From Azolla caroliniana (taxonomy: Eukaryota; Plantae; Polypodiophyta): 64,000 bases of DNA. The stretch spans positions 17,236,001 through 17,300,000 of the forward strand of contig JBHGNT010000015.1 of the NCBI GenBank assembly GCA_043228905.1. Direction: 5' to 3'. Both the position numbers and the translations under genes were made by a program. Below the pieces are notes generated by a model. The model was not told the origin of the DNA. It did not search any database and was given only the letters and a program-made list of their open reading frames with translations. Below are positions 48,930-60,299 of the stretch, one piece after another; position 1 is the first letter of the stretch, and each line of letters starts with the position of its first letter.

Positions 48930-51247
48930 CATGATTCCAAGAAAGAAATTGGTTTGTATCAACTTTAAACTACAAACATCCTCTTTGAGGAATCTTTATC
49001 ATCGAGTTAAAGAATAGAGAATATATTGTAACTTGAGGATTGCAAGTAAGTATAGATGGGTATTAACAAAATAAAGCCATTTGGCTAGGTGGTTAGGAAG
49101 AGAGACTTGAAATCTATTAGGCAATTCTTATATGGCCTGGCTAGGTGGTTAGGGAGAGAGACTTGAAATCTATTAGGCATTACCTATATGGTCTTCGAAA
49201 CCTACAATCGACACATCATTCTAGTGCAAAGATTAATACTATAAAATTTTAGCCTTCCTCATTGGAAGAGAAATATTATAACCCAGTATATGTTGAGTTG
49301 ACCGAATGTTGAAGGCGATAAACTTGAAATCTATTGGGCATTGAGTATGTAGATTTAAATCCTATAGTCAATGCATGGTTCGATGTAAGAAATTGATTTG
49401 TATCAATTTCAGACAAGTTCCTCCTTGAGGAATATTTATCCTCGAGTAAGGAGTAGAGAATCTCTTGTAAGTCGAGGATAACAAGTAAGTGTTGATGGGT
49501 AATAATAAAATAAACTCATATATATGTTTGACTTGGTTGAGTGGTTAAGGTGAGAGACTCAAAATCTATAGCTTCAACCTTATTCATTAGAGGAATAGTT
49601 ATCCTCAATTTCCAAAATCAAGAGTCTATGGTAAACCTAGGAGAGAAAGAAGAGTGTCGATGGGTAAAAATACAATACACTCTAACGAAAACCAATATAA
49701 ACCCATCTATATGGTGCATTTGAGTGAGTGGCTAATGCAATATGTTCAAATCCTATGGTCAACAAATCATTCCAATGCAGAAAAACATTTATATAATTGT
49801 GTAACCTTCCTTGTTAAAGGAATATTTATACACAGTCTAGAATATGTTAAATTGATATGTTGTCGACTTGGTTGTGTGTTTAAGGCGATAGCTTTGAAAC
49901 CTCTTGGGCATTGCCTGCATAGGCTCTAATCCTACAATCAATGCATGGTTCCACGTTAGAAAAAATTACAAACATCATCCTTGAAGAATATTTATTTTGA
50001 GAATCTATTGTAACCTAAGGATAGTAAGTAATAACAAAATAAAGCCATCAATATGGTTAAGGTGAGAGACTGGAAATCTATTACAATACGGGTAACAACA
50101 AAATATGGTTAAATGGCTAGATGGTTAAGGTGAGAGATTGGAAATCTATTAGGCATCGTGGAAATCTATTAGAATACGGGTAATAACAAAATATGGTTAA
50201 ATGGCTAGACGGTTAATGTGAGAGACTGGAAATCTATTAGGAATTGCCTCTATAACATCGAAAGCCTACAATCAACACATGATTCTAGTGCAAAAATTAT
50301 CATCCATGTCAAGAATGAATGTAAGCCGAGCGAAGAAACTAGAGTCTCTATGGGTAATAATTTTTATAATTCAAACTAACATATGGTTTACTTCGTTGAG
50401 TGGTTAAGGTGATAGACTTGAAATTTATTAGGCATTGATTGTGTAAATTCAAATCCTTAGTCAAATCTTGTAGTCAACACACAATTCTAGGTAATAAATT
50501 ATAATATCAATTTCAAACTTCCTCTTTTAGGAATATTTATCCTCGAGGGCAAAATTCTACGTAATATCAATTTCAAACTTCATCTTTTAGGAATATTTAT
50601 CCTTGAGGAAGTAGTTGAAAATCTATTGTAAGCCGAGGATAGAAAGTGTTGAAGGGTAATAATAAAGTAAAACTATATGTATGCTTGAGTTGGTTGAGTG
50701 GTTAAGGTGAGAGACTTGAAATCTATTAGGAATTGCTTCTATAGCTTCGACGCCTACACTCAACACATGAATGACACTAGTGGAAAAATTGATTTCTATC
50801 AATTTTCGGGCTTCCTCATTAGAGGAATAATTATCCTCGACTTCAAGAAGTAAGAGTATATTGTAAGCTGATGATAGAAAGTAGGATGTTGATGTGTAAA
50901 AATATGATACCCGCTAATTGCTTTTACTTGTTAGAGGGTTCTAGATTGAAATTTAAGAGGCCATGCCTTATAAACCCATTTATATGGTGCACTTGAGTGA
51001 GTGGCTAACGTGACATGTTCGAATCCTATATGCAAACACATTATTCCAATCCGAAAAATCATTTGTATCATTTTGCAACCTTCATCCTCAGAGGAATATT
51101 TATACTCGAGGTGTAGAATATTGAATCGATTGTAAATCGTGGATAGCAAGTAGACTGTCAATGGATAATTATAATATAACCTCTAACTTGAGTGGATAGC
51201 AAGTGGATGGCAAGTAGTAGCAATAGATTAACAAAATCTAATATGTA

Positions 51248-51329
51248 GTTGACTTGGCCGAGTGGTTAAGGCGATAGACTTGAAATCTATTGGGCATTGC
51301 CTGCGTAGGTTCAAATCCTACAGTCAACG
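51248..51329 (+). tRNA. trnS-UGA: tRNA-Ser(UGA), complete 82-nt cloverleaf
   Basis: Acceptor GTTGACT/AGTCAAC, D arm GCC/GGC, anticodon arm ATAGA-CTTGAAA-TCTAT, variable arm GGGC/GCCT, T arm GTAGG-TTCAAAT-CCTAC, discriminator G. No T4 terminator immediately downstream, so expression is uncertain. Confidence 0.8.
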
Positions 51330-52143
51330 AATGGAAATGATTCCAAAACTTTGTTTGTATCAATTACAAACATCTTCCTTGAGGATTGTTTATCTTCTTG
51401 GATCAATTGTAACCTAGAATATCGATGGGTAATAATAAAATAAAGCCATCTATATGGTTGACTCGGCTAGGTGGTTAAGGAACTTGAAATATATTACACA
51501 CTGCCCCTAAATTGATTCCATTGCAAGAATTGATTACTATCAATTTTCAACGTTGTCCATGGGTGCATTTGAGTGAGTGGCTAACGTGAAATGTTCAAAT
51601 CATACAATCAAACACTGAAACACATCATTCCAATGCAAAAAATCATGTGTATAATTTTGTAACGTTCCTCCTTTTATGGTCAAGGTGTAGAATATTGAAT
51701 CGATTGTAAATTGTGCATAGCAAGTAGAATGTCAATGGGTAATAATAGTATAAACTCTAAGTCAAACCAACATATGGTTGACTTGGCCGAGCAGTTAAGG
51801 CGATAGATTTGAAATTTATGGTCATTGCTTGCGTCATTTCAAATCCTATTGTCAGTAACTGATTAGGAAATAGGTTTTCCGTAGTTTTCCCTAATCTTAT
51901 GATGAGTACATGTGGGTTAATTTTGAAAGGAACTAGGGTATGAATTGTAATATTCAATTCCATGGTGTGGGATAACTATTAAGTGTGTTATTACTCAACC
52001 ACTTCAAATAAAGTAGTCAATGTGAACACATTAGGGCCTAGGGTTTCTGCCTAAATAAGGAGGCTAGCTACCTTCTTTCAGGGAGGCTTGAATTATGTTG
52101 AGACTATGAGAGCATGGCTATGGTTGTTATTAGCTAAGCATGT

Positions 52144-52801
52144 TGTCGTGGAGAAAACCGTCCCTAGGCGTAAACCGAGTATAACGTGCGTAAACCGGTC
52201 CTTCACGTGGGCACAAGTTTTGATGTATAGTACGTAGATAGGTACAAGTCGGCTGAGGTGAAATCCTAGGTAGCACACATTCATTAGGGAGAAAATTGAG
52301 GCGTATCCCTGTCCTTTCGGACAGGGAATAAACATGATGTAACGAGGGGTAACGGCCTCCCTCCTTGGGCTATAAAAGAGAGGGAGAGGTATTGTGAAAA
52401 GGGGGTATCGCATATTGTGGAGGACGAAGTGCTGTTGGACCAGAACCGAGCTCTCCTCCTCTGTCTTCTCCATTGTCGTTTTGTGCAGATTTTGGGAGGC
52501 TAACTCTGCTCCACGGAACGCTCGAGTGCTTCTGGCAGAGTCTCCATCTTGCGTTCTGTGTGTGTGTGTGTGTGCAAGCGTCAGAGCCTATCACTCGCCG
52601 GCTTGCTGGTTGTAACTCCTTGGTTTATATATACATATACGTTCGCTCTGTCTCCATTGTTCAACTCTTGTGAATGTGTGTGTCTGTGCGCGTGTGAAGT
52701 ACGTCGGTAGCTTCCTTCCCCTCTTCTCATTCGGTTATTTCTCGGTCCAAGGCCCTCGTGGTCCTGTTTCGTTCTCCACACACGCGCGTAACAACGCGAC
52801 A
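52144..52801 (+). repeat. 5' LTR (658 bp)
   Basis: TGTCGTGGAGAAAACC...AACGCGACA, with TATA box GCTATAAAAG. Confidence 0.92.
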
Positions 52802-52805
52802 TATT

Positions 52806-52822
52806 TGGTGAACCCGACGTGA
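52806..52822 (+). promoter_or_regulatory. Primer binding site complementary to tRNA-Trp 3' end
   Basis: TGGTGAACCCGACGTGA is the reverse complement of ...UCACGUCGGGUUCACCA (plant cytosolic tRNA-Trp, from memory). Confidence 0.85.
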
Positions 52823-55800
52823 ACAGGCGGTAGAGGAATAGAAAGATGAGAGGGTCGGATCTTGCAGAAGCCATGGCTTCGGCTGTGGATCGGATAGTGA
52901 GTGCGCGCGAAGGCACAGGCGCCCTCGATAGGGCTATTGAGGCATTCGTCGACATGATAGGCCGGTTTGGTGGGAAGGACGCCACGAGCTATTTGGAGGC
53001 TTACCGAGCCGAAATGGTGATGAGGGACATCTCGGAGGACATGCAACTGACCGGATTCCCTTGGGTGGCGATGCCGGGCATCCACGCAGAGGTACTTGAG
53101 GTACGGGCTGAGAGTCGGACCTGGGAAGAGTTTGAAGGTCGGCTCCTTGATAAAAACGGGCTTGATGACGCGCTTTGGCTATCAAAGCGGGACTTCATGG
53201 AATGGGTGGAGACCCCTGAAAAGGGGAGAAACGCGTTGATGCTCCTTCGGGAGTTTGAAGAACGCTTCGCGCGACTTTCAGCGCTGGACCGAACTGTACT
53301 GGACAAGAGTCATGTCCTATTGTTCGTTAAATCGGTGGACGCAAGGGATGGGGAGCAAGTGGGCTTCCTGCTGGAGACCGATGACGGCCTAACAACCGAC
53401 TGGGCCGTGGTAAAGAGAGTTTGTGGTCGTTTTGACAAATGGCGTGAGTGGGTCGATAAAGGCTTGACGGGGGCGGGTTCTGTTGCGACAAGGAAGGTCG
53501 AGGTACCCCTACCGGCGCGAAGGGAAGAGACCCGAGACTGGCTTGAGACCGGCTCGACTTCGACCGGCATGGTCAAAGGCTTGTCCGGAGGAGCGGCTCT
53601 GGAGGAGTTGACTCAGATGGTGAGGGACCTCAAGATTGCACAAACACGGAGGGACGACGGTGAACAAGTCTATGACCGAAGGCCTCCAGCTGGGAACCGA
53701 TGCTTGTGGTGCGACGCGGTATGAGCCCGGTTCGGGCAAAATCAAAATGATGCCAGTGCGACCGGCGCACCGGATAAAGCCAAGATGGCCGGGTACTGAC
53801 TGAGCATGGAGATTGAGAGGACCACGGACCTGCAAAAGGTCCTCGAGGAACGTATCCTCAACAGCAAAGTGGAGTTGTTACTGAGGGAAGTGCTCAGAAT
53901 CGCCAAGAAGGAGTTCCACGACTCCATCGTGGACTTGGTGAAGCGGAAAAGGCTTTTGATAGAGCCGGAGCCGGAGAAGCCGGTGGAGGTGCGAATGACG
54001 CACCTAGAAGACATGGCTCTAGAAGAAGAATTGGCGGAGAGCCACTATTCAAGGCCACATTGGGCCATAGCAACCACGGAGACCCCCGTCAAGATCGGAG
54101 ATGTTCAAGAGCCGGTTTAGGCGTTGGTGGACCACGGTTCAGAAATCAACTTGATGTCCATGAACTTCTATAAGAAGGGGAAGTGACCGATCAACACCAA
54201 GCATGGGTGGAAAATACGGGCAGCAACGCGCGCCACGGAAGAGCTGCATGGAGCCTGCCCGAATGTACGAGTGAAAATCGGCGATGTCGAGATCGATCAA
54301 CACTTCTTCGTGTAGGAGATGTCCTCGCATCCGGTTATACTTGGGGAACCGTACATCACGGCGGCACGGATGGAGACAAAGGTGTTGGACAACAGTTCGG
54401 CATATGCACGAGTCAAGAGCCAGTTATGGATAAAGGGGGTCGCGTCGGACCCAAGTTTACGAGATCCGGCCAGCATAGGACACACGTTCACCGACATAAC
54501 GCTACGAGAGCTCAAGATCGGTGGGGGTGACTTTCTACTGCCGGCGGAAGAGGACCGGTTTTGGAGAATGCTCGGGAGGCACGGGAAGGCTTTCGCATTC
54601 TCATCGGAGGAGATCGGGTGCGTAGACCCGAAGGTTGTGGAACCAATGGTGATCTTCATGATATCGCATGAGCCGTGGAATCTCAAACCGATTCTGGTAC
54701 CCAGAGCTCACATCCCGAAGCTGATGGAGCTGCTGAAACAGAAGGTGGAGATGGGCATCCTCGAACTGTCAAGTGCCCCATATTCGAATCGGTGGTTTAC
54801 CGTGCCAAAGAAGAACGACACACTGCGCTTCATATAGGACCTGCAGCCGGTCAACAAGGTGACCATTCGAAACGCAGATATCGGACTGACCATCGATGAG
54901 TTCGCGGAGGCCTTCGCAGGGAGGTCGATCTACTCGGTCGGGGATTTGTACTTAGGGTACGATCAGTTCCAACTAGCCGTAGAGAGCAGGGATGTCGTGA
55001 TGATGCAAACTCCTCTCGGCCTAGTTTGGATGTGTACCCTGCCGCAAGGAGGAACGAACTCGGTGGCGCACATGGTGAATGCGATGAACAAGGTGTTGAG
55101 GAACTGCATCCCGGACATCACCATGCCGTTTCTGGACGACATCCCGATCAAAGGATGTTTGGTGGAGGACAAGGACGAGTCGGTCGGGCCTGACGGTTGT
55201 CGGAGGTTCGTGACAGATCACATCCGTGATTGCGAGAAGGTGCTACAAAGACTCGAGAGCGTGCGACTCACCTTCTCAGGAGAAAAATCAGCCTTCGGAC
55301 AATCGGAGATCCTGGTAGTCGGACACCTGTGTGGGCCTTATGGCCAGAAGCCGTCCCCGGTGAAGGTAGAAGCCATCTCCGCGATGAAGGATGATTGCGG
55401 GTCGGTCACGGAGGTCCGAAGGATCCTTGGGGCGTGTGCGTTCTATCACATTTGGATTCCGCACTACGCGCATGTTGCGGAGCCGCTTTACGGGTTATTA
55501 AAGAAAGGGCGCCGGTTTGAATGGAGGACGGAGCACGCGGAGTCAGTCCGGAGACTGAAGGAGGCGCTCGTTGCGGCACCGGCTCTTCGAAAAGCGGTTT
55601 ACGGTAAGGAAGTTCCCATTTACGTGACGATGGACACGAGCCCCACTGGAATCGGGTGGGTGATCAATTAGGAAGATGAAGACGGCATACGGTTCCTGAT
55701 CTGGTTCGGGCCAAAGGTATTGAGCGAGCGGCAGCGAGGATACGCCCAAATCAAGCGCGAGCTATGGGGTATCGTTTTGGCAGTCAAGGCTGACAAGGAC

Positions 55801-57451
55801 TATTTGATCGGGATGGAAGTGATCGTCGAGACGGACTGCCTACCGTACCCCTCAGGTGGATTGCGTACATCAAGTCCCTGAACCCGGAGATACGGCACAT
55901 CTCCGGAAAAGATAAGGCCATGAACGATATGCTTTCAAGGGCGTGGTTCAGCGACGAGGACGACATGGTTTCGGATAACGAAGAAGTCGGCGAGGACTTC
56001 TTCGGGTCAGCTAACGTAACAACAAGAAAGGGGAGCACTCCGGCGCTTAACGAATTTGACGAGAGCAAGTACGGCTGGGAGTGGCTCCAGATTGGCAGGT
56101 TCCTGAAGACAATGACACCGGACGCGGCGTGGACGAAGGAAGAGACCAACCAGATTCGGAAGAAAGCGTACCGATTCTTCCTACGCCCGCTCCGAGTGGT
56201 GGCGAAGAAAGAGGAACAGGAAGAATTGCTGACGGCGTACCACGAGAGTCCCTGGGCCGGACACCGCGGGAGGTGGGCCACATTCGAGAAGCTAAATGGG
56301 AAGTACTGGTGGCCAGGACTATACCGGGACATGCATCGGTTCGTGACGAGTTGCGAAAGCTGTCAGGTGCACTCCATAGTCCGACATCGGGACGAGCTTC
56401 ACCCGACCTACCCTTCGACCGTCCACTTCAAGTGGATGGTGGATCTGGTAACGATGCCGATGGGGGTAGGGCAGATGCGGTATCTGGTGCTGGCTCGGGA
56501 GGACCTGATGAACCAAGTGGAAGGCCAAGCGTTGCAGAACAAAACGATCGTGGCCGTGTGCCGATTTCTGATCGAAGAAGTGGTATGCCGGTATGGATGC
56601 ATATGTAAGATCGTGGCCGACTGCGGGGAGTTGGACGCGCAAGAGGCGGAAGAGATGTTTGACCGGCTAGGGATTAAACTCTCGCTCACCACAGCGTACA
56701 ATCCGGAGGCTAACGGGAAGGTGGAACGCGGACACGGGCCGATCATCAAAGCGTTAGTACGGGCGTGTGGAGGCCAAGTCGGGAACTGGCCGTGACTCTT
56801 ACCCTACGCGTTGTGGGCGGACCGAACTACGCACAGTTCGGTAACCGGATTCATGCCGACAGAGCTAATGTACGAGCAGAAGCCGATCATGCCAACGGAG
56901 CAGAAAATCTCCTCATGGGCCACGGTGGACTGAAACGACAAGATGAGCCGGGAGGAGCTGTTAGCAGCATGGATTCGGCAGCTGGAACGAAGATCGGAGG
57001 ACGTGGACCGAGCCGCAGAGAAGCTACGGGCGGCGAGGGTAAAGAACAAAGGACGGTTCGATCGGACTCACCGACTGAGACCGAAGAAGATCGAGGAAGG
57101 CGACTGGGTTCTACTGTATGACAACAACCTCAACAACCAGCACAAGGCAATGTGGAAGTTTGCAAGAAGATGGTTTAGGCCTTATGCGGTGACGAGCGCC
57201 AACGACAATGGGATCTACCATCTCGTAGAGCTCGACGGGACAAGGATGGCGGTACCGGTGGCGGGGAAGAGGGTCAAAGCATTCAAAAAATGGCATGAGG
57301 CTGAACTAGACCCGGACGACCTGGATAGCGACAACGACCGGCTCGGAACGGATGACGATTCGGGAGATGAAGGATAAGCGTGGGCCGGTCTTCTCCGGCA
57401 AGCGTCTAATTTTGGCACATACCGGTGGATGCGCGGTTAGGTGGGGGCGGA

Positions 57452-57981
57452 TGTTGTGGAGAAAACCATCCCTAGGCGGAAACCGAGTATAACGTGCGTA
57501 AACCGGTCCTTACACGTGGGCACAAGTTTTGATGTATAGTACGTAAATAGGTACAAGTCGGTTGAGGTGAAATCTTAGGTAGCACACATTCATTAGGGAG
57601 AAAATCGAGGCGTATCCCTGTCCGAAAGGACAGGGAATAAACATGATGTAATGAGGGGTAACGGCCTCCCTCCTTGGGCTATAAAAGAGAGGGAGAGGTA
57701 TTGTGAAAAGGGGGTATCGCATCTTGTGGAGGTATTGCATTCTGTGTGTGTGTGCAAGCGTCGGAGCCTGTCACTTGCCGGCTTGCCGGTTGTAACTCCT
57801 TGGTTTATATATACATATACGTTCGCTCTATCTCCATTGTTCAGCTCCTGTGAATGTGTGTGTCTGTGCGCGTGTGAAGTATGTCGGTAGCTTCCTTCCT
57901 CTCTTCTCATTCGGTTATTTCTCGGTCCAAGGCCCCCGTGGTCCCACCTCGTTCTCCACGCATGCGCTAAACAACGTGACA
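57452..57981 (+). repeat. 3' LTR (530 bp, ~128-bp internal deletion relative to the 5' LTR)
   Basis: Colinear with 52144-52801 except ~52424-52550. Confidence 0.92.
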
Positions 57982-58194
57982 ACGTGCGATCCTTGCATAA
58001 CCCAAGGTATGACACACATCAACCCTCGATGGTGTGGGACATCGAGGAGGTTTGGGTGTGTCTCATGTTGTTGCTAGGAGGTGGTCCAATGGTTTGGCAT
58101 TCCCCTTTTGATTTTTTGTTTTATAATTACATATGTTTTGTTTAATTAATTAGTTAGACTCTAACTCTTAGTTTACAAAATCTCAAGATGAATT

Positions 58195-60048
58195 AGCTTC
58201 CACGTCTTGTTCTTTTGAAGATTGCATCTCTTCTTCCATTGCACTAGCCCATTTGCCACTTTCTATGCTCTGAATGGCCTCTAGGTAGGTGGATGGAACA
58301 TTATCATCAAAAATTGGAATTGCATAAGCTACCATGTCAACGAAATGACCAAGCTTCTGAATTACTCGTCTTTGTCTTCTTATTGCAATTGGTTCTGAAC
58401 ACCTTTAGAAGTTTTTGGGTTGGAACCTCTTCCTCATTTGACTCTTCTTCTATCATAGGAGAGTCACCACTGTCTGCTCAAACTCCACCTACTTCGAAGT
58501 ACCCTCCACTTGTATCGGAGTATTATCCGGTTCTTCCAGATTTACCTTGTTCAACATGGCATATTCATCAAAGGTAACATCTTTACTGATAAACATTTTC
58601 TTTGCCTCAAGACACCAAAAACGGTATCCGTTCACTCCATCATTGAAGCCCATGAAAAGAGCCTGCTTTGCTCGTGGATCCAATTTTGATTCAATCACAT
58701 GATAATATGCAGTAGAACCAAAAATATGCAAAGTATCATAATCAGTTGCAGATTTTCCAGACCATACCTCTAATGGAGTTTTGCCACCTATAGCAGATGA
58801 TGGCAAACGATTGACGAGATGTTGAGCGTATGTCACAACCTCAGCCCAAAAGTTTTCGCCTAATCCAACATTAGACAACATACAACTAACTTTCACCATA
58901 AGTGTCTTGTTCATACGCTCTAACACCCCATTCTGTTGTGGTGTTCTTCTAACGGTGAAATGCCGTTTTATGCACAATCTTGGCATACTTCCAGAAATGG
59001 ATCACCCTTGTATTCTCCACCATTGTCTGTTCGGAGAACTTTGATCTTTCTCCCTGTCTAGTTTTCAACTTGAGCTTTCCACTTAAGGAAAACTCCAAGC
59101 ACATCATTCCTGTTCTTCATTGTATACACCGAAACTATCCTAGAAAAATCATCAACAAAAGTTACAAAATAATGCCTACCTCTGATGGATGGAGTCTTGG
59201 TAGGTCCCCACACATCTGAGTGCACATAATCCAAAATACCCTTGGTATTATGAATTGCAATGCCAAACCTCACTCTTTGTTGCTTTCCCAGAACACAATG
59301 CTCACAAAAATCAAGTTTGCAAGTCTTTATGCCTTTCAACAATCCCTGCTTTGCAAGAATTTGCAAAGACTTTTCACCAGCATGTCCCAACCGCATAGGC
59401 CACAACTTCGTTGCTTCAGTGTCTTTCTTGGTACTTGAAGTTTTTGTTGCCAATGTCCCCACCACTGTATTACCTTGGTAATAGTACAGATTGTTCTTCC
59501 GTATGCCTTTCAAAATTACCAATACTCCTGAAGTTGCCTTAAGAACTCCATCTTGCATCATCACAACTAGGCCCTTAGATTCAAGAGCCCTTATTGAGGT
59601 GAGATTCTTCTTCAACTTTGGCACGTACCGCACATCCCTCAAAATTCTTGTGGTTCTATCATGATTGCGTAGCTTGATCGAACCTATCTTGGCTATTTTA
59701 CATGGATGATCATTACCCATGTAAACAACCCCACCATTGACTTCCTGAAATTCAAAAAACCATTCTCGAATAGGACACATATGATAGGTACAACTGGAAT
59801 CCAAAATCCACTCATCTGGATGTGCTGACACTAAAGGAATAACTACTAAGGAAATACATGATCCCGCATCATTGGAATCTGCAACATTTGCATCTTGTAG
59901 ACGCTTTCCTTTCCTCTTCAACTTCGGATTGTCTTTCTTCCAGTGCCCTTTCTCATGACAAAAAGCACACTCATCTTTGGCAATGCCTCGGCCCTTTGGT
60001 TTGAACCTTCCTCTTCTCCCCTTAGCATGGCTTTTTTGACGACCTCTT
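58195..60048 (-). mobile_element. Ty1/copia internal fragment (zinc knuckle, protease, GAG-pre-integrase, integrase, start of RT)
   Basis: CAFCHEKGHWKKD, WILDSSCTYHM, RLGH, VHSDVWGP, FVDDFSR, TPQQNGVLER, SKLDPRA. Confidence 0.93.
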
Positions 60049-60299
60049 TGTTGGGAATGCGAACCCTCCGGTTGGGATCCGGATGAGAACCGAAGGAGCC
60101 AGATCGGACGATGCCGAAAGAAGGAACCGGTGTGAACCGGAACCAGGGACATATCTGTAAATATGTTTCCAATGTGCTTGTCATGGCCATATTTGTAAAT
60201 AGTCCTAAAGTCATATGAGTATAAATATGACTTAGGGCAATCACTTTATGATGTGTGTAGAGATATCGTTGTACAGATAGACACAGAGAGAGTGTGAGA
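60049..60299 (+). mobile_element. Partial copia LTR related to the 61069-61828 LTR, opposite orientation
   Basis: Starts TGTTGGGA..CCCTCCGG.TGGGA like the reverse complement of the 61828 end. It shares the AAGTCATAT.AGTATAAATATGACTTAGGGC block. Confidence 0.8.

Larger units (their letters stand above)
48475..51855 (+). repeat. Tandem array of tRNA-Ser-derived units (~18 heads, ~235-bp basic unit), mostly pseudogenes
   Basis: Repeated GAGTGGTTAAGG...GACTTGAAATCTATT.GGCATTGCCT heads, each followed by a shared spacer (GAGGAATATTTATCCTCGAG...GAATCTATTGTAAG...GATGGGTAATAA). Confidence 0.92.
52144..57981 (+). mobile_element. Ty3/gypsy LTR retrotransposon with both LTRs (non-chromovirus, Phygy/Selgy-like by inference), degenerate gag-pol
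   Basis: LTRs 52144-52801 and 57452-57981 (TG...CA). PBS TGGTGAACCCGACGTGA, PPT GTGGGGGCGGA. Gag 52846-53724, protease (LVDHGSEIN), RT (FLDDIPIKG), RNase H, integrase (HESPWAGH...CESC, VDLV, NPEANGKVER). Flanks ATGT/ACGT. Confidence 0.95.

Noticed and set aside
51248-51329. Selenocysteine or opal suppressor tRNA
   Set aside because: TGA is the anticodon (reads UCA, Ser). A Sec/suppressor tRNA would have anticodon TCA, and Sec also has a longer acceptor/T arrangement.
48475-51855. CRISPR-like repeat-spacer array
   Set aside because: The repeats are tRNA-derived, the spacers are homologous to each other, the context is eukaryotic and no cas genes are present.
51850-58014. Solo LTR (TGTCA...TGACA) hosting the gypsy insertion
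   Set aside because: LTR-like in composition, but the flanks CCTAT/CACAT give no TSD and TGTCA may belong to the last tRNA unit.
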